DNA of 64,000 bases from the human T2T-CHM13v2.0 reference genome, Homo sapiens. The first letter of the stretch is position 1. Each line of letters opens with the position of its first letter. This document shows, piece by piece, positions 14,527 through 28,316 of this stretch. Made by a program: the position numbers and the translations under genes. Location: the NCBI RefSeq assembly GCF_009914755.1, contig NC_060931.1, one strand, 5' to 3'. The notes beneath the pieces are model-generated. The model ran no database searches, had not been told where the DNA came from, and saw only the letters and a list, made by a program, of their open reading frames with translations.

Positions 14527-17383
14527 AGAGCTCTTTTAAACAAGCATTCTGTCTAGCCAGGTGGGCCTTGGAGCTGGAGGCTCAGGCACCAGGATAGCTG
14601 TTACTTGCTACAGACTGTAAAGAAGTGTGAATTTCAACTTGTTATTTCCCTACCACAATTCTGAATCAGAATGATCATGACTTTGCTGACAGAAGAAGGT
14701 AATGTTCTCTGTACAGGGGGAAAAAACTAACAGAATATTTTTCCTGAATACCCACTGTGGTTATCTCTGGGAGAAAGGATTATAGGTTTCTTTAGTTCTC
14801 TCCTTTTAAAATATTTTCCTTATTTTCAACAACGGACATCAATCATGAAACCCAAAAAAAGCGATAAATGTTATATTTTTCAAAACTTCCACTGTGCCTT
14901 AGGTGGAAGATCAGAATCTTTGACATGATGGATAAAGGTCCTCACAATTTGGCCCAACCCAGTTTGCAAGCTCTGGTGTTCTTCAGATCCAATGAATTTT
15001 GCTCACCATCGCCCAGCATGCCATGAGCTCTCACAACGCTGTGATGCTCGCTCTGTCTGCCGCACCATCTACCACTCTGCTCTCTACCCTACCCAGCCTT
15101 CGGGATTCCTTCTGAGAATTCTTTGTGTCCACACGCCTCACCCCCAACCCAGACTGGATTAGTTTCTCCCTTCTTACTGTTCCTGTAGCACTGCATACAG
15201 ATAGCTACTCTAGCAGTTATTGACTTATACAATAATGATTGTTAAATGACTGGCTCTTCTATAAACCATCAACTTCTTGAGGACAGGGAATTGACTGAAT
15301 TTAAATCACCTAAAGATACTACTGTGTGGTAGACTTGCCCTGAATTCTTGTTGAATAGAGCAGGTGTTCATGGTAGATATCCACCAGCAGATTTTAATGG
15401 TATTTCTTTATTTATAATGGCATTTAATGCCCTGCATGGAATACTGACACAAGAAAGAAAGGATTCACAGTATCTTACCTTGGTAACTTACCTCAGGATG
15501 TTTTCCATGGACCTGTACACCCTCTTGCCAGCCCAGATGGCTGCTCAAATGGTTGAAAATTTGGTTGTCTTGCTGGTTTTTATCAGAGGCTGTACCTAGT
15601 ATTCTCTGCCCATCTGTACTGTACGCTTTGTGAATCAGCAACCCCTTTCTTCACATTTCTCAGGATATCCTCACTAAGGTCTTGTATGCCATCTGAAATT
15701 TCCCTGATGCCATGTCTTCTTACAGGGAATCACCTACGTTTTGTTTGGTTTACATTGAAGACATGTATCTTTGATCATGCCCTAGTTTACTCAGACTGTT
15801 CTCCTAAGAAAAAAGTTTAATTTTGGGTTCTCCTTTAGGCTCTAAGAGTCTTCTTCATACTTGAATGTATTAATTATCACTTATTGCTTCTGCTTTAGCT
15901 TTAACACACTGGATACTGGCATTCCAGCATATTCCTAAGCTTTAGAGAGCCAAAGGAATCTGTTGTTCTATTTCACATGTACAGTCTTTTATATAAAATA
16001 TATTGCAATATGTATTGAGTATGTATTTTATATAACATATAATTGCATTTTGTGAAAATTTGAATATGTAAAATTGAAATAGGATATTCTAAAAGTATTA
16101 ATAAAGCCTCACTCCAATTTTAAAATAAAGTTGACTAGAATGACATAATTTCAAAGCTGGAAGGCTTGAGTTGATTGTAAACTGGGTTGAAGCTGTAGCC
16201 ACATGGCAGTGCCATTTTGGCCAGTAAAATGCAAATAAATACCTGACTTCCCTTGGCAATGTCCTGTGAACCACGTTGCTTTTCACTGCATAGGAACTTG
16301 TACTTGTGGTTTTAGTGTCTGTTTATCTGTTATTTTAACATCTTCTCTTGTTAGAATTGAAAATATTTTTGTAGGCTTAGAATGTCACACTAAGCATTCA
16401 TGAAATGGTGGTAGTACTTGTGCTGGTGCTAAAACTAGCACATGAAAATAAATATGCTTGGAATAGAATTTAGATATGGAGAAACATGAAGAAGGTCAAA
16501 TAGCCCCCATGGTACACTGTGCTGTTAATTTAGAAATGAGTGCTCTGTTGCTACTGGAGATGATGCTTAGGAAATAAAGTGGAACATTGAAATAAAAATG
16601 CACCATGGTGATGTAGATCTGTGCCTCCTGAGAATGCATTTAATCCTGTGGAGAAATCAGTTTTGAATTTTGCATATATTGAATTATTCAAATTTCAGGA
16701 ACGCATCCTTTGCATAAAATGCATCCATCTGGTTCTTGGGATTTTTTTCATAATTAAAATTATGATATGCCAGTTTCAAAATCTCCTTTTAAAATACATT
16801 GGGACAAAAATTATAGATTAAAGTATGAAACATGAATGGCTTTTATTAATATAGTTCTCACCAATTACTTTAGCTTAATAACTTCAAGCCATTCTTTCCA
16901 TAAATATTTTTGAAGGTTTCTAGCTTAAATACTGTATATCCAGGGTCATAGGGTCATTTAGGACAAACATTTGGCATCCCAGAATAGAATGTTAAAATTG
17001 GAAAAAATCTTAGAGATTATTTTACAAAGGAGGAAACAGATGGTTAGAGAGGGCAGCTAAGGGACTGGCTCACGGTCACAGAACATTTCAAAGTATTTCT
17101 AATTGTATTGTCTCAATTTTTCAATATCCTTTCCTCCCTCTTTGTTTCTTTATATGTATTGACCTTTTCCCACCATGATAATAAGCTGAAGTTCAGATAT
17201 ATTGATTGACCCAGAGTAAGAGTGGAAGTATTTGTGTTTCTTAAAAAAAAAAAAAAAAAAAAAAAAAATTCCATGTGAGCTTTTTTACTGCTTTAGATTT
17301 TTTGGGTCCAAAATCTTGTAATTAGATTTTTTTCATAATTTCCAAATACCAATAGTATCGTGCTACTATGCATTATACAAATA

Positions 17384-17680
17384 TGGCCAAGAATGGTGGT
17401 GCACACCTGTAGTCCCAATGCTTTAGGAGGGCAAGGTGGGAGGATCACCTGAGCCCAGGAGTTCCAGAACAGCCTGGGCAACATAGCGAGACCTCATCTC
17501 TACAAAAAATTAAAAATAATTAGCTAGGCATGGTCATCCACACCTGTAGTCCTAGCTACTCGTGGAGCTGAGGCAGGAGGATCACTTGAGCGCAGGAGTT
17601 CAAGGCTGCAACTATTATCACACCACTGTACTCTAGCCTAGGTGACAGAGCAAGACCCTGTCTCTTTAAAAAAAAAAAAA
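17384..17680 (+). mobile_element. AluJ-like ending about 70 nt upstream of exon 17750
   Basis: Alu arms, TSD cattatacaaata. Confidence 0.9.
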
Positions 17681-17749
17681 GTACATTATACAAATAGCAC
17701 ATCAAATTCTGATGAAAGTGTTCCTCATGGAGTTTTTCTTCTTTTCAAG

Positions 17750-17811
17750 ATAATGCATATGGTAAAACATTGCGGCAACACCATGGCTGGGTAGTTCGAG
17801 GGGTTTTTGCG
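17750..17811 (+). CDS. PLEKHA8: PLEKHA8 coding exon (N-NAYGKTLRQHHGWVVRGVFA)
   Basis: ttcttcttttcaAG acceptor and GTAAGT donor at 17812. 62 nt, phase 1 to 0. Carries the GLTP motif AYxxTLxxHHGW (H445). Confidence 0.95.
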
Positions 17812-17925
17812 GTAAGTGATCCTTCTTGTCTCCTATTATTAACTGTATTGGGTATGCCAGTGGCTAGGGCTAGAAATCTCTTCTTACCCAGTTATTTATC
17901 TAGTCATGATTGTCAGAAACAAAGT

Positions 17926-17961
<36 letters not shown>
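17926..17961. repeat. (TG)n microsatellite
   Basis: About 18 TG units with one TA interruption. Confidence 0.9.
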
Positions 17962-20900
17962 GTGTTTTTGTTTGCTTTGTTTTTGAGGATAAGAACAAAA
18001 TGTTATTTATTTCATTTACGTTTATAGGCCTTTGGTGTGTGGAAATGTCAGCAGTAAAAAGTGTCTGGAATAGCAAAGACTGTTAAAGAAATATGAATAA
18101 AAGAGTTGATGCTTTACCCTAGCCAATTCTAATTACTCTAGCCAATTCCAATGACCTTGTGAAGATTTGCCTCATAAGTGGTTGCCTTTCTGATAAGGTA
18201 GTAAAAAGCTTAAGTATCCTAGCAGAAGTACGTAGGAAGCAGTGATCCTAAATACTTATCATTGAAGGGAAATGATGCATTCAGGTGATGAAGTCAACCT
18301 AATAGCTCCCTCTGCTGCCCATTGTATTCATTCCTTTTAATTCTTAGGTCTTAGTTGATTTTTTTTTCACTAATTGAATTTTGTCCTTGAATATTAACTG
18401 TATTGGGTGTGCCAGTGGCTAGGAGGGCTAGAAATCTCTTCTTAGCCAGTTATTTTCATTGTGAAGGTGTTTTGTATTCATGTGTTTTGGCTCTGATTAC
18501 CCACCACCCTCTTCTTCCCAGCATGTTTAACTAGGAAGAACACAAACCTGAGACTCTTAGTCTCCTGGGGAAGTCACTTAGACTGCTTTATAAAATAGCA
18601 GGAGTAGATGGCTCCTTTATGTCAGCAATACACTCTGTGATTCTTCCCATCCAGGAAAAGGTCAGTCTTAGTCAAATCTAGTCATGAAAAGGCAGTCTCA
18701 TGCAGTTGTATGTCAGGAAACCTCATAGAATGTACTCACATTCTTTGGAAGGTTGGGGAATAAAGTAGCCTTGCAGATGGTATCTTTTACTGATGTAAAG
18801 GATGCATCATTTGCCTAAAGAAAGAACTGTTTGGGTCGTGCTTTATTAGGGAGGGCGGTAAAGTGGGAAGAATGTACACTACAACAAATCAGATTCTAAT
18901 GAAAATGAAATATTTTTTGAAAGCATGGAGATTAAAGCTCCATATCCCATTCACTGTTCACTGGGATAGGTGCTGGACCAAATGAAGCTACAGACTGCTC
19001 ACCCTTACCTTCAATACACCTTGAATAATCATAATGGCTACCATGTAGCTATTGGACACTTGTTGTGTACCAGGCATTCTTAACAGGTACTTTCATATTC
19101 TTTATCTTAATTCTCAGGATTAACTCCCACTATTTTACAAATTCAGAACAATTAATTCCAGTCCCCAAGTACCAGAGTGAGGCTATGTCAGAGCCCAGGT
19201 CTAAACTCAGATCTGTTATCTCCAAGGTGCTAGTGCTTACCTCCATTAGAGCTCTCTGCAGTGAAGACACAATCACTGAGAGGCCTCTACTGAGTTCTTA
19301 GGCAATGGATGCTCACTGTGGTCATTGATCTCCCTGAATGAATATTGTGATTATTGTGATTGCTAGCTTGTGCCTGACACTTGAGTTGCCCCAAAACAAG
19401 TGTGGGGGGAAGGGTTCAGTATAGAATGCAAAATTTAATCCTGAAATATTGATGATCCCAGAGATATTGTCAATAAGAATGCAGCTATAGTAGAAAACTT
19501 ATCAGCATAAATCTTTTTTTCCTTTACCCTGTACTTTAATGGATGCAAAGCATAAGTCTTTAGGAGGACTTTTTAACTTTATTATACTAATTTAGACTCA
19601 TAAAAAATTTTAGAAATCATGGTAGAAAGAGAAGAAATTAAAACTGTCCATATTTTCCTTTTTTAACATTTTTGTATTTTACTGTCTTAGCTTTTTAATT
19701 TACATATTCTTTTAAATATTGATCTATTTTATATACTTAAATATAATATAGATGTTTATACATGCATATAGTATATGTGTATAATTGTCTTTATTTTGTA
19801 TACTTACTCTGTATATGTATATACATTTTTTCTACCTTTAGCTTGTATAATTTTATATCCCCCCAACTGAATAGAATCTATCATTATCATTTTTAAATGC
19901 CATAAAATAGTCTTTGAAAAAAACACTATTTTTAGTGTCTGTATAATATTTTCCTAGTATGGAGATATCATAATTTATTTGCTCAGTCCTCTGTGTGAGA
20001 GACTTAAACTGCTTCTAAGTTTAGAATAAAACAGGTTAGAAATAAAACAGCATCTGTTTATATGCATTTTTGAATAAAATTCTTATTTCTTCAAAATAAA
20101 TTCCTAGTAGAACTGCTATGTCGAATACTAAGAACTACAACCACAGTTTACAGTTTTGAGCACTTAACATGCACTAGATGTTGTTTTAAGTGCTTGACAT
20201 ACATAAATTTCTAAGTCTCATAATCCTGAGATAGATTCCATTATTTTCCCTGCTTATAGACAGAGAAACCTGAGACACAAAGTGATGAGGTAATATACCC
20301 AAGGTTGTAGAGTAAAAACATCTTGAAGGCTTTAAATATTATTGCCAATAAAGGTGCTGGTTTTTAAGAAAATAGATTATGTAATGCATTTGGCAACAGC
20401 CTTATCAATAGAGGAGTTAATTCTGTAGCTAGATTGGCCTTTTCACCCTATTACTCTCCAAGTCATGCCTACTTTGGAAGGTTTATAAGTTTTCTAACAT
20501 GCTAACTTGCAGAGCCAAATTCATGTTAACTAATCTCGGTTGCTGAGGGAAACATTGTTTACATCCAAGGAATTTGACTTATTTATCAGCCAAATAGTGA
20601 CCTTTTAATCTTTCAGCAGTTATACTCTACTGAGCTGATAGCCATTTCAGGCAAGGTGGCTGCCTCCATCTTGGTCACTAACTAGCCTTCATTTGACCTT
20701 TTTGGTTTCCTCTTCAATCAGACTAGACAGTTGAACTCTATTACTGGTTCTCCCCTTTTTTTTCTAGAGTGCTGATGGCTGAGTGTAGAATTCTAGGTTA
20801 ATAAACATTTTCCCTCCAAATTTTGAAGGCATTCCTCTATTGTCCTCCAGCTTCTACTGTTACTATTGTGAAATCCTATTCTATTATATATAATCTGTTC

Positions 20901-21119
20901 CTTGTCCCTTTCGAAATGTTTTAGATTGTTTTTCCCCACATTCTGAAATTTCATGATGTGCCCTTTTGGTCTTTATCATTCATTATGCTGAGCACTTGAT
21001 TAGGTCTTTAAATCTGGAGACTCCTATCCTCCAGTTCTGGGAGATTTTCTTTTGTTATGTTTTTGGATAACTGCCTTCTCTTAATTTTCAGTTTTCCCAC
21101 TCGCTTGTACTTTGACCAT

Positions 21120-21345
21120 TATCTTAAGTATTTATCATGTGCCAGGCAGTGGGCTAAACACTTCCTACAGATCCCATTAATGCTTAAAATAAGGAAAGTG
21201 GTATTAGTCTTCTTCTATAAATAAGGAAACTGAGATTCTAGGAAGTTAAGCACTTTGCATAAATTCCTCAAACTGGTATGTGAAAGATCTGAGATTCAAG
21301 TCCAGGTCTGCTTCATCTAAGTCTGTGCTTTAGCCACTGCATGAT
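21120..21345 (-). mobile_element. MIR
   Basis: tgtgccaggcagtgggctaa...aaggaaactgaga...gagattcaagtccaggtctg. Confidence 0.7.
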
Positions 21346-22270
21346 AATGCCAGTCACTCTCTTACTGCAAAAATGGGGAGGTCTGATTCTCAAAGACTTT
21401 CAAAGTATAAGGAAGATCAGGAAAGCAACTGTGGAATGATAATTCAAGATTCTTCAAAAAGCCTCTGCTGAGATCTAGTGACCGCCAGAAAACAGATTTT
21501 AGCAAGCTTAGGAAATATTGGCCCGCAAAGGAAGAGAAGGATAAGATGCCTAGGAAATCTGTTAGGCAAGTGGCATAATATGGTGGTGTGGTTGAAAAAC
21601 ACAGAGATGATCCAAGTTCAGATCCTAGCCCTGGCACTCATTAGCTGTATGACGTTTATATATAAAATAGAGATATAAACTGTACAGGGTTCTTATAAAG
21701 ATCAGCTAGAATAAACTATGTTAAAGCATCAGCGCACAAGCAAACAATAAATGTTAGCTCCCTTCCTTTCTAGAAAGCATTCAAGAGTGCAAAGGAAAGA
21801 TTATTCTTATGGGGGAAAAATAGAAGATACGCAAAGAAATATATAGAGATGAGATACAAATAAGAGAATGAGATGCCCCAGAAGACAGGCCATGTGGGAA
21901 TAAAGACCATGATGGCAACATGCATATAGATTCTGAGGATTTGAGGGGAATAGTCTGGATCACACTGTGGATCAGAAGGGAGCTTTTCTCAGACTCTCTC
22001 TCTCAGCATTCCCTGATGTGATAGCATTATTTATCCTTAAGGTGGCCCAAGTACATGCTTGTTTCTTCTAGCCTTAAAGTTATTTGAATTGGCCCTTGAA
22101 ACATAATTTTAGAGAAGCCACAAATTAGAAGGGTAGTCATATTTCTTTACTCTTGCTCTTCTCAGCTGTTTGTATGTGTGAAAGTATGTGTGTGTGCATG
22201 TGCACATGCATAAAAATAAGAGTGTGAGAGACAGACTTGATGCAGATTCTCATGGGTTATTCTTTTGCAG

Positions 22271-22468
22271 TTAGCTTTAAGGGCAGCTCCATCCTATGAA
22301 GATTTTGTGGCCGCGTTAACCGTAAAGGAAGGTGACCACCAGAAAGAAGCTTTCAGTATTGGGATGCAGAGGGACCTCAGCCTTTACCTCCCTGCCATGG
22401 AGAAGCAGCTGGCCATACTGGACACTTTATATGAGGTCCACGGGCTGGAATCTGATGAGGTGGTATGA
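22271..22468 (+). CDS. PLEKHA8: PLEKHA8 main last coding exon (LALRAAPSYEDF...HGLESDEVV*)
   Basis: tcttttgcAG acceptor at 22269-22270, phase 0. 65 codons plus TGA. Matches ORF-track 22265..22468 and a GLTP-fold C-terminus. Confidence 0.96.
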   Translation, partial: LALRAAPSYEDFVAALTVKEGDHQKEAFSIGMQRDLSLYLPAMEKQLAILDTLYEVHGLESDEVV

Positions 22469-23334
22469 TGGCTGCTGGGCAGCACCTCCTAACTTCAGGG
22501 AATAAGTGCTAAAGTGTTTTGTTGCCCTACTTAATTTCCAGCAACAGCCTCAACCCTCTCCAACCCCTTCACCTGGGGGGATGGACAGGAGGTGGCAAAA
22601 CCCAGTGCTTTTATAATTTTTAAAATGCATATGTGTTTTGTTTAAAGATCAAGGTGCTATATATTTCAGTTCAGCAGGCCTACTGGAAACCAAATGATAA
22701 GCTGCTGTAGACTTGAACAGCAAGTTATAAGAGCAGATTTAACAAACAAATTTGCTGTTATTGTGTATTGTATTGTTTTTATATTTTAGTCTAATGGGCC
22801 ACCCAAACCCAAGCTGAAAATCAGCAAATTCCATATTAAGTACCATAATTCATAGCCAGTGTTTCAGCCAACTTAGACTAGACATTTGGAGGTAGTATAA
22901 GCTGCTTTGTTGAAGCTGTGTAGAGTTTGCTGTTCCTAGATGTTCTTCAGTGGACCCTCTTCACTGCAACTCTGTCAGTGATAAGGGCCTGTGTAGTAAA
23001 GATGTTCAGGGCATTCACATGACCATGCAATTGTGGGAGGCGAAGAAGACGTGGACAGGAGTCCCATCCTTGCTGACAGGCATGAAACCGTTGCTCTGAG
23101 AAGATTAATGGTGTGCCCTAGCCCCAAGTTGGAGGGGAGAATATGAGAGAGGTGGGACAGGTCATTTGAGATGACACCTCCCAACTGCCTACCATTTACC
23201 AGCATGTTCCCCATGCATTATCTCAATTGGACATCACAAGTAATGATACCCAGAGGGATTATTACTCCACTTCAAAAGCAAGGTTTAGAAGTTGAGGGAT
23301 CTGTTCACAGTCACATAGTTTTTAAGCAGAGGAG

Positions 23335-23522
23335 CCAGATAATTTCCAAGTGTGACCTGGACTGCCTCTGCATCAAAGTCATATGGAGTGCTTGTTCAAA
23401 CAGCAGATTCCCAGGCCTTATTTTGGCCTAAAGAACCAGAGTCTAGGTGGTGGGACATAGGAATCTGCATTTCAGTAAACTTTACACGTGATTCTTCTGC
23501 ACACAGTATTGAAGAGCAACTA
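23335..23522. mobile_element. MER5-like remnant in the 3'UTR
   Basis: cagattcccagg...ggaatctgcattt...gtgattctt...ttgaaga. Confidence 0.6.
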
Positions 23523-26500
23523 GATTAAATTCTAGTTTACAAAATTACCAGTTTTCTTCAAGAACTAAATGATATGTCCTTTTTTTTTTTTTCAAAGAGG
23601 ATAAGGCTGCTATTTAAATAAAATAGCTAAATGGAGAGTGAGAAGTGGAGCAGGTTCATTCAGCAGCATTCTTAATTGAGCCAGCATTGACACCCAGCCA
23701 GCAGGCCTTTGCATTGCATTCGGGGACCATGACTCTGAATCTGCTTACCAATCAATCTCGGTTTAATCACCAAAAGTGCAGAGCAGGCAAAATGCAGCTG
23801 TTTATCAATCTCAAAAGCTTTGGGACAGTGTCATAGTTGAAAGATGAGACTTAAGAAAACAGTTTCTTAAACTTCTTAAAACTTAAGAAACATTGTTTCA
23901 TAAAACAATATTGAGTGGGCATTCTTCTGCACAGTGTGATGCTCCAACCCTGGCCCTAGTCTCAGTAGACCATGCTGCCTCGAGTGTGCATCGGAGAGAA
24001 GCCATGGGTACCTTCCCCATTAGAGGCTACTTCCTTCTAGTAACAGGAAGGGAAGTTCCAGCATGAGGTAGTTATCCAGGGTAGAAGGTCCTTTGAGGGG
24101 CTTGGTTGAATTGAGAGCATCATCTCTAGATGATGCTGTTCCTGCTGCAGATCTCTAGGATGGAGAGAATTCTCTCTTTAGTCAGAGAAGTTTATGTAGG
24201 GAGGGGTATTGGTTTTGCCTTTGTGTGTCTTTAAACAAATGAACATTTATTTAGCTCAGATTAATTAGGTATTTTGCCCACATAAAGACTTCTGGAAAAT
24301 ACTTAAACTTGAAAAATCAACATCACATGTTTTAAAGCTAGGGAGAAAGAAGGGGGGTATTAAAATGATGTTGATTATTTTGTATTTTGCCAAGGTGTGT
24401 GTGTGTTATTTCCCTCCCACTCTCATGAGCAGTGAGTATAGATCTCCTTCTCTGATTAGTATGAATATGATGGCAGGACTCGGGGATAGTCCCTGCCCTT
24501 GACATAGCCCCCTAAAACGGAAAAAGAAAAAGCCAGTTTTTGCTTGTACTTTGAATGAAGATGTTTTAGGCATTGTACCATTTAGCGGGGATGATACCAG
24601 GTGGTTGTTAGAATTGTGCAGTGTGATCATTCTAAACAGCTGCTGGTGCTCCCTGTCACCTCAGGTGAACTCTGTGGTCTCTTGGAGAGGTAGCACTCTG
24701 AAAATACCTCAGGTTTGCCACCGCAACTCTGAATACACACAAAAGGAAAGCTGCTCAGCATGGCCATTTTGCATTTGTATAGGTAGTGACTAGATGTACA
24801 CAACTTAATTTGCTGGGAATGAGGGGCTTAATATTATCTGAGATCATTGAGAACCCAGATCAGACAGAATAGCTTGAATAAGTTACATTTTCCAATTACC
24901 CTTTTTCCACATCTGTAGAAAGAGGGTAATATTTTTTAATAGGTATTTTCCCCACTGGAGCATATTACGTTTGCCTAAGATGTATAAAAGTTTGTTTAAG
25001 ATGTGTAAAAGTTTGCTTAAGGAACTGAGGATCCTTAAATAAAAATATTAGAAATTAGAAATTGAACCTAATACTAAACAGTAAATTCAGCTTAACCTGA
25101 ACCTTGGCATAGTCAGAGCTTCCTCCTACATCTAAAGTATTTGCTCTCTGTTTTAGTTAAAGTCATAATTTGCGCTGATGTGTAATCACTTTCCAAGAAG
25201 AGGGCAATGAGAAAAGATATTTAAAGCTTTCTCTCCATAGCCCTCCAAGACTTCTGGGACAACTAAATTTACTTTCACCATTACTGTGAGAGGAGGTGAG
25301 AAAACTCTAGTATTTTGTTGGCAGAGTAATCACTTTGTTCTCATCGCTCAAAGCATTTTTAGGATTATTTTTCTAGCGTAACCTTTAGAGAGAACTGGAA
25401 GAAAAAGGAAATTGGTCTACTAGGTATTGTAGACACAAATAAGTAACATTAGGCTAACCCCTTATGAGACATTTCCACACAATTTCATCGTGCCTGTACT
25501 TTTCTCTATGGTAAAAGCCAGTGTTTACACTTTGTAGGGATCAGGGTGTATTTGTTGAATTAAACAAAATATTTTCAATGATGGCAAGTCTCTTGACTTT
25601 TGAAAGCAAGTCAGATTCCTTATAGCTAATGCTGGTGAAAAATGTTAAATTGGAGAGATCCCTTTTGGGAGTGAAACCAAATTGTAACTATGAGGAGAAG
25701 ATGGTCTTCTCATTGGCTCTTGATGTAGCTCTGAAGGGAGTTCCAGAAGAGGAGCTCTCACAGAATGTTGAGCCTGTGGGCCCAAGACATTGACTTCGAA
25801 GGGTAGTTCTCATTAGGATGTATAAGTAGTGGCTTGAGGCACCTTCTTATCATTTTTTGCATGTTATTCTGATTATTAAACTTCCCCCAATGTCATATTC
25901 CATGATGAGGGATTTCTGAACTCCATAGTCCAGCGTTGTTGCTTTTCTCTCTTCTTTGCTACTGAAAATTGCCAGCAGTACCGCCATCAGCACACCAAAT
26001 CTACCCCCACTTATGTTTGTTCTGCCCCATTTCCCAGGAGCAGCTTCTAGCACATATGTAGAGTATCTGGCACCACCTTAGCCCAGGGCTGCGTGCCTGA
26101 TCAGTGGGGATTCTGTTCCCCCACCCCCCAGACTGCAAGAGCTTCTTAAGAAGGAGCCCATATTCCCATTTGTAGCTGGAAAGCGGGTGAATGACATGAC
26201 ATGGGGCACCTAGGAAAGATGATTATTAGAGGAGTGCAGCGGAAAAAAATTTGCACTCTTCTCCTTTTGGTTATTACTTTCCAAATATATTAACAAAAAG
26301 TTGATGCTTTTAACTTTATATTTTCAGAAAAGTGTTTTTAATTAAAAATATGTGATAGGGACCAAATAAGTAAAGTACATTTTTCTCCACTAAATTTGAA
26401 GTGAGGGAAAGAGGAGCCAAAGTAAGAGATTTTTTTTTAAGGAAACTTAATCTGATTGTGAAAATCATACATATGGAGAAACATCAGATCAGGCAATAGA

Positions 26501-28310
26501 GTCAGAGGGTCATGAGCAATAGACGATGATGCGAGGCATTTGGGGAGCTTCCTGGAGGAAAATTAAGTTTTTTTCCTAGCAAACTACCATGTCCTACAAG
26601 AACTTGGTTATATAATGGTGCGTCTCTGAATCACTGATTAAAACCAGTTGCTTCTGATTTTAGTCACAGGTTTTACAAGTATTCAGCTCTCCCTCATGTT
26701 TCATTTCTTTTTTTAAGATAATCTATCAACCTTTTTTAAATTTTAAAATTTTTAGATGTAGAGTTTATAAGTAAAATATATTTTTAGCCATTGTTCTGTT
26801 AGCTGAGCTGATGTGTTTGGTCTTAGAGGGCCTGACTTCAGATACTCTTTGTGATCTTGTAAGGGCTCTACACAAACTTCATTATGTATGGTAAATTTGT
26901 ATTCTTATGGATTGTATATAGAATGCTTTCGTTAGAAGTACATTCTACTTCTGTATGTCCCTTTGTAATCCGCAGTTGCTTACTCAGGGGTTTCATAGTC
27001 ATTTCATAAAAAATAATTCACTAGCTGTCTAATGGTATTTTAAGACTGTTTATCTGTATCACAACGTCATTAGGAGTTCTTTCAACAATTCCATAAATAT
27101 ACTGTTTACTAGACCTTCCCTGTAAATGTTCCCAATTCCCATCCTGTCTCAGACAGTCAATAGTCCTGTGTACAGTGACTATTTGCATGATTTCTCATTG
27201 CACTGCTGCATTCAGGCACTCCAGGGCATGATTAAACAGTCATTAACAGTGCCTCTCTGGTACAGTTGATGCATGCATTGATCTTTCTTCTCTGCTGTTT
27301 TTATATAGCCTTTAATTAAAAGGAAAAAAATACCACTACTCTGCAATGCAAAAGTCTTCAAAATTCTTTGTTTCCTGTATTAATCACTTCTGTTCCAGAG
27401 TGAACAAATGTTTTCAGCTAAGCTATGTGAGAATGTAAGAATAATATCCTGCTTGTTCTAAATAGTTCATATATTTAAAGTGTGGTCAGTATTTCCTCCC
27501 TGTACCTTACAAACAGAAACCACCCTGGGATGGTTGATACCCCTTACAAAGTCGATCTTACCCACACAGACTCCTGTGTATGCGTGTCTGTTTATAGGTG
27601 TATATGGAGTCAGTGTTGATAGGAAGGATGCTCTAGAAGTACTTCTGTTGTTTCCTAGAAGGCTATGAGCCAGTTCCATGGCATGTTTAATGTATAATTC
27701 CCATGTATCATGAGAATTTCACTAGAATGTCATTAAACAGCCCAACTACCTCATGTGAAATTGGCTGTGGACAATCTGTGTCAGATGAGAAATGTGTTCA
27801 GATAAATTTAATCTGGTTAATAGACTTAACAAATTAATGTCTACATAAAGAAGAAACATGATAGACCAGATGCCAAAGGCTAAAATGTACATAGATTTCC
27901 TTGGATTAATTTTTAAGTCACTGTTTAATTCCATGCCTAGTATTCTTATGAATGTTTGTGGTTTCATAGATTTATGCACTTTGAATATCTGTCACGTGCA
28001 GTGTTAATGTTACCTGTTCTTGTCTCTCAGCATTTTGAATGAGCATCATAATCAGAGTAGAAGGCAAGTTAAACTATAAAAGTGTCAAGTGGCTTGTTAA
28101 CTTCTTAATTTAATGGACCTTTACTTAGAATATAATATGTTGGAGCCTCTTGGGACCAACCGATGAGCGACAGTTTCATGTTTAGATTTGTATTGTTTCT
28201 CTGTCCAAGTCCTTATTCTCTATCTTGTGGGGAGGGGTGACAGGGGAGGGTTTTACTTTTTTTGCAAAAATGTTTGAAAATATCTGTCAGATTTTATATT
28301 CGTTAGTTAT

Positions 28311-28316
28311 AATAAA
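28311..28316 (+). terminator. Polyadenylation signal of the main isoform
   Basis: AATAAA with U-rich upstream sequence and GU-rich ggtttttgtgtggttt about 30 nt downstream. A second AATAAA lies at 28381. Confidence 0.75.

Noticed and set aside
22271-22274. CAG|TTAG tandem acceptor at the last exon
   Set aside because: The 4-nt shift would frameshift, and the proximal CAG gives the conserved GLTP frame. There is no evidence the second AG is used.
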